From: Azolla caroliniana
Lineage: Eukaryota; Plantae; Polypodiophyta
DNA: 64,000 bases
Reading direction: 5' to 3'
Assembly (NCBI GenBank): GCA_043228905.1
Contig: JBHGNT010000001.1
Coordinates: forward strand, 33,356,001-33,420,000
Part shown: one piece after another, positions 60,256 through 64,000 of the stretch
Numbering within the stretch: position 1 is the stretch's first letter
Layout: each line of letters starts with the position of its first letter
Program-made: the position numbers and the translations under genes
Notes under the pieces: model-generated
The model's input: only the letters and a program-made list of their open reading frames with translations
The model's database searches: none
Told to the model about the DNA's origin: nothing

Positions 60256-63200
60256 TTAAACAGCATTATACATCTCAGTTATATCAGGAACCACGACATC
60301 AACTCGCATCATTGGCTTGAACTCAGATGGTACTGGAGCTCCTGCCTGTACACACAACTCAACTATAGCAGGAGCTTTGCCATAATACCTTTTCAGTTCA
60401 TTCTCCAGTCTCGGAGATAGTAAATCATTAACATGCCAAACATATTTAGGTGGAATGAAGTCATCTATCGTCGCCTTTTGCCAGCCATGTTGCCCTGCCC
60501 TCCATTGATGCTTAAAAGCTCCACAATCCTTCACCTTGTGACCTTTAGGTCCAACATGCACTTCAGGACAGTATCCACAAACTTTTACAATATACTTCTT
60601 CATGAGCCTTTTTACTCCATTCCGCATTGTCATCCAAGTTTCTAAGGTTCTTTCAGCAAGCTCAGATGTTGAAATTGTGGCAAGATCTATGCTCAGGCTT
60701 GAATGTTTTGCAACTTCTTCTTCCTCGTCTTCCTGACTAGACTCTCCATCTGTGACAGTCTCTTCATGCTGACATTCTATATTGTTGCCATCAGCTACTC
60801 TCTTTTCTGTATCTAGGAAAGCAAATTCATCATCATCGTCAAATTCATAGAGAGAGACATCTTCTTCAACAAGCTTCCGACCAATTGCTTTGACAGGTCG
60901 TGTCCTGCGTAGTGCCGGATATTCAGGGAGGTCAACACCTGCCTGAATGCATAGTTCAACAATAGCAGGTATTCTCACTGCAGTAAATCTTTCAGTATGT
61001 AACACTGTCTTTAACCGGTCATATAGATGATACACGTCAAGTTGGGGCATGACATCAGCCACTTTTGCAGAAGTCCAAACATGTCGGCCACGCCTTTTAC
61101 CAGCCTCTGGTCCATTACATGTAGCAATCCCATGACCCACAGGACCAACGTGTACTTCGCCACAGAACCTGACAAAAACTTGCAACTGAATTAAATGACT
61201 AGGACGTTCTAAACTAGCATACTAAACAATCTGAGAAAATCCTAAAAATAGACACAATTTACATGTAGCCTCTATGCACATAAGTAAAACTAACAAGGAC
61301 CAGGGATATTTTGCAAGCAGGTTTACCCTGCCCAATCAAGTGGAAACAAGCGAGCCTCTCCAAACGTCAAATCTGATACAATAAGCACATACCAAACAAA
61401 CAATGACAGCATAACATGGTAACAGGTATTTGTAAGCGTGGATAACGTCCTCGATCCTCAGGTTCTCTCCCACTACATGCATTATTTCATGGCCTAAAGC
61501 CCAACCAAAAAGCACGAGCAAATACACCCTTCTAACTCACGCTAACATCAATGGTAAATATATTACATACATCTGAGTGCCTAACATATAACAGAAACTT
61601 GAAAGCTGGTTTTCCTGGGAACAGAGTTTCCAATTCCAAAACATTTCCATATCCACTTCTTATGGCTCATTTTCCATATCTAATTCTTTTATCCTGGATA
61701 CTATATAATGATGCCATTTTTGTTAATATTAAATTAGACTCGGTTCAAGGAGCCAAGGCCTTACAGTACAAGTACCTAAGCCTAGTTGGATTACCATTGC
61801 ATGTCTAGGTGCACCTATGATAGGTGGAGATTGATGGAGAAACCTCTTGTATCCATGATCTCTAGAATGATTGGAGATAGAACATTAGGTCACATTAGTC
61901 CCCTTCATTCATCACAAATGGAACCACCATCAACATGTATATGCGACATAGACAAAATTGGGAAGCCATTGCATGATGTAATACCATTGGTGTCAAACAC
62001 TGTAAACAGGTGTCAGGTCTCTATTTACAGATAGAGACAATGAACTAGAAATGTTGGCTCATTGAATTCATATTTCAATAAAAATTATATATGGATACAC
62101 CATATATCGCATCACAATGCATTGTATCATGGAGAAGCAACTTCACAATCTCTGTAACATAAACATGATACACGTAAACAATCACATCCACTGTATGACA
62201 TTCCAAGGCATAGATTGCCCCATCTCTTCGATTCCATACACATATTCTAACTTGGCAACATTTCCACAAACTCCAGCCCTTTCAAACTGACACCCATGGA
62301 TTCCCATGACTTGCCTTGAATGATATTTGATCTTCACATCCATTTGCCATCTTCATTGTGGAGGGTGTTTAGGGCAATCTCCTTTAGACAATATTATGGT
62401 CGACTCTTATCATTTATCAACATACTCCTTTACCTCTTCCTCTCCCATTTCTTCATTCTTCTTACCTTTTTGTGTGTTTGTCATTTCTGGGCCTCCTTTA
62501 GCATTCATTCTTGGGCGTCACTTCTATGAATTCGTCAAACCTATAACAGGCCCAAACATACTCTTGACTTTTCTTTTATTACTTCCCCAGGTACTCTTGT
62601 GCTCCATTGAGGTTTCCTAAATGCAACTTCTCAATGGATTGCTGTTTAAACTAAATTAGTAAAATCACTAGTCTGCATTCCACTCCATCATCTCCATCAA
62701 GTCATATGCCACTAATAAGAACGTCAATTCTTTCATTCTAGGCATCAACATGTAAAGAGATGTCATGACAGTGTTGCCGCATGCTTGAGCACAAGCACCT
62801 AGTATCTACGGGTGGAAAGAATGATGTAGGAGTGCTGGCTTACTGGTAACTTAGCTTGTAAAGAAGAGGCTATAGCTTAGAATCTTATTAGAGACATAAA
62901 GGAAACTTAGGAGAAAGCTGAAAACTTTTTTCAAAATCAACTCTTTATATTTCCTTGGAATTGCATATGAATTCCCCTTCTGAAGAATACACGTTTCAGG
63001 CCATCATTACCGAGGATATACTAATTTAATTTATGGATTTCAACAAAGTCATCCACATGGCTCTCACAGCCACAACCATAAGATTGTCGAATATTCACAA
63101 CAAACTCTTTGTCATCCACACTGTTCAATTAGAATAATGACGACATTTAATTTGTTCATGGACACCTCGGCCAGTAAATGTTCGCAAAAATCTTAGATTT

Positions 63201-63850
63201 TAAAAGCGAGCATAGCATCTAAGTTCAAAAGTATAGTTCAGTGCAAGGAAGCCATATCAAACGGTAACCGTAAACACTTCAACGCAAAGAAATGTTGAGA
63301 ACATTACCAGGACATTTCAAAAGAAAAAGAGGAAAATAGAGCAACACAGCACCCCACCCCCCACCCCTTCCTTTTGGTGATGGATGGAATGTGGAAGAAA
63401 AGGGTACTCACTTGCAGACCTTAACCGGGACGATCTGGATGAGTTGAGGGACAAGTTGGGCGAGCAAGGAGCGGGCATGCATGACGTCGTGGGCAACAGG
63501 GATTAGGCCGGAGACGAGGAGGCCATTGGAGGGGGTGGGGAGGTTGCGGAGGGTGGGCTCACCTCGCCGGAGCTTCGTGAGGAAGCCGCCACGCTTGGGG
63601 ACTGTTATCCACGGCTTCTTCTTGTGCCTGGGTGCGGGACGCGGCAGATCCACGTTCTGATCGGTGGCCACCACTCGGAGGGACCGCGGCCGCTTCGCCT
63701 CCCACACGTTTAGTCTGAGTCTCCTCCATAGCTCCCCAGAGGGGGAGGAGAAGGAGGCAGTGAAGGAGATCGCATCTAGCTGCTGCTGCAGCACCTGCAT
63801 TCGCAGTGGTTCCATCACTCGGAAAGGAGGATTACACACCCACTCACCAT
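60256..63850 (-). CDS. APO-domain protein (APO1/APO2-like plastid RNA-binding, group II intron splicing factor); exons ~63815-63412 and 61168-60256, start uncertain
   Basis: QNVDLP...KKKP, then two APO motifs: VKVCK|FCGEVHVGPVGH...RIPAIVELCIQAG and VKVCGYCPEVHVGPKGH...YGKAPAIVELCVQAG. A phase-2 GT-AG intron spans 63411-61169. Confidence 0.93.
61330..62780 (-). mobile_element. Probable decayed retroelement fragments inside the APO intron
   Basis: Broken coding-like stretches (Trp/Cys-rich, zf-RVT-like near 61336-61527). No intact motif. Confidence 0.3.
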
Positions 63851-64000
63851 AGCTATTAGCTACTTCTTACTACTCAAGCAAGTCTTCTGCTTCTTTCTTT
63901 ATAGTTATATGGGCCTCACCTCTCAAGAGCCTCTCTTCTCTCTGTCGGATAAGAGTTGTTGTCTGTGTGGAATGGGCATGGCTTGGAAGCCCTTTTATAT

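Overview
AT-rich, intron-containing land-plant nuclear DNA. It is most likely a fern, inferred from a KP-type DYW PPR protein plus short introns and GC-rich exons. Nine protein genes are supported: SKP1 (3' end runs off the window), an NSP2-like GRAS factor carrying a 20-nt miR171h-type target site, a plastid VGT/pSuT-type sugar transporter (14 exons), a GC-rich intronless BLE2-like membrane/ARM protein, a divergent SYT4/5-like synaptotagmin with only one C2 domain, a small orphan membrane or secreted protein, a probably mitochondrial PLS-class PPR protein ending in an atypical DYW:KP-like deaminase (candidate U-to-C RNA editing factor), HCF101 (with a GC-AG intron and an intronic hAT-type element) and an APO-domain protein. 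Intergenic DNA and introns hold degenerate LINE remnants, two TIR elements, a tRNA-like Pol III head, local tandem duplications and microsatellites. All calls come from reading the sequence; no searches were run.
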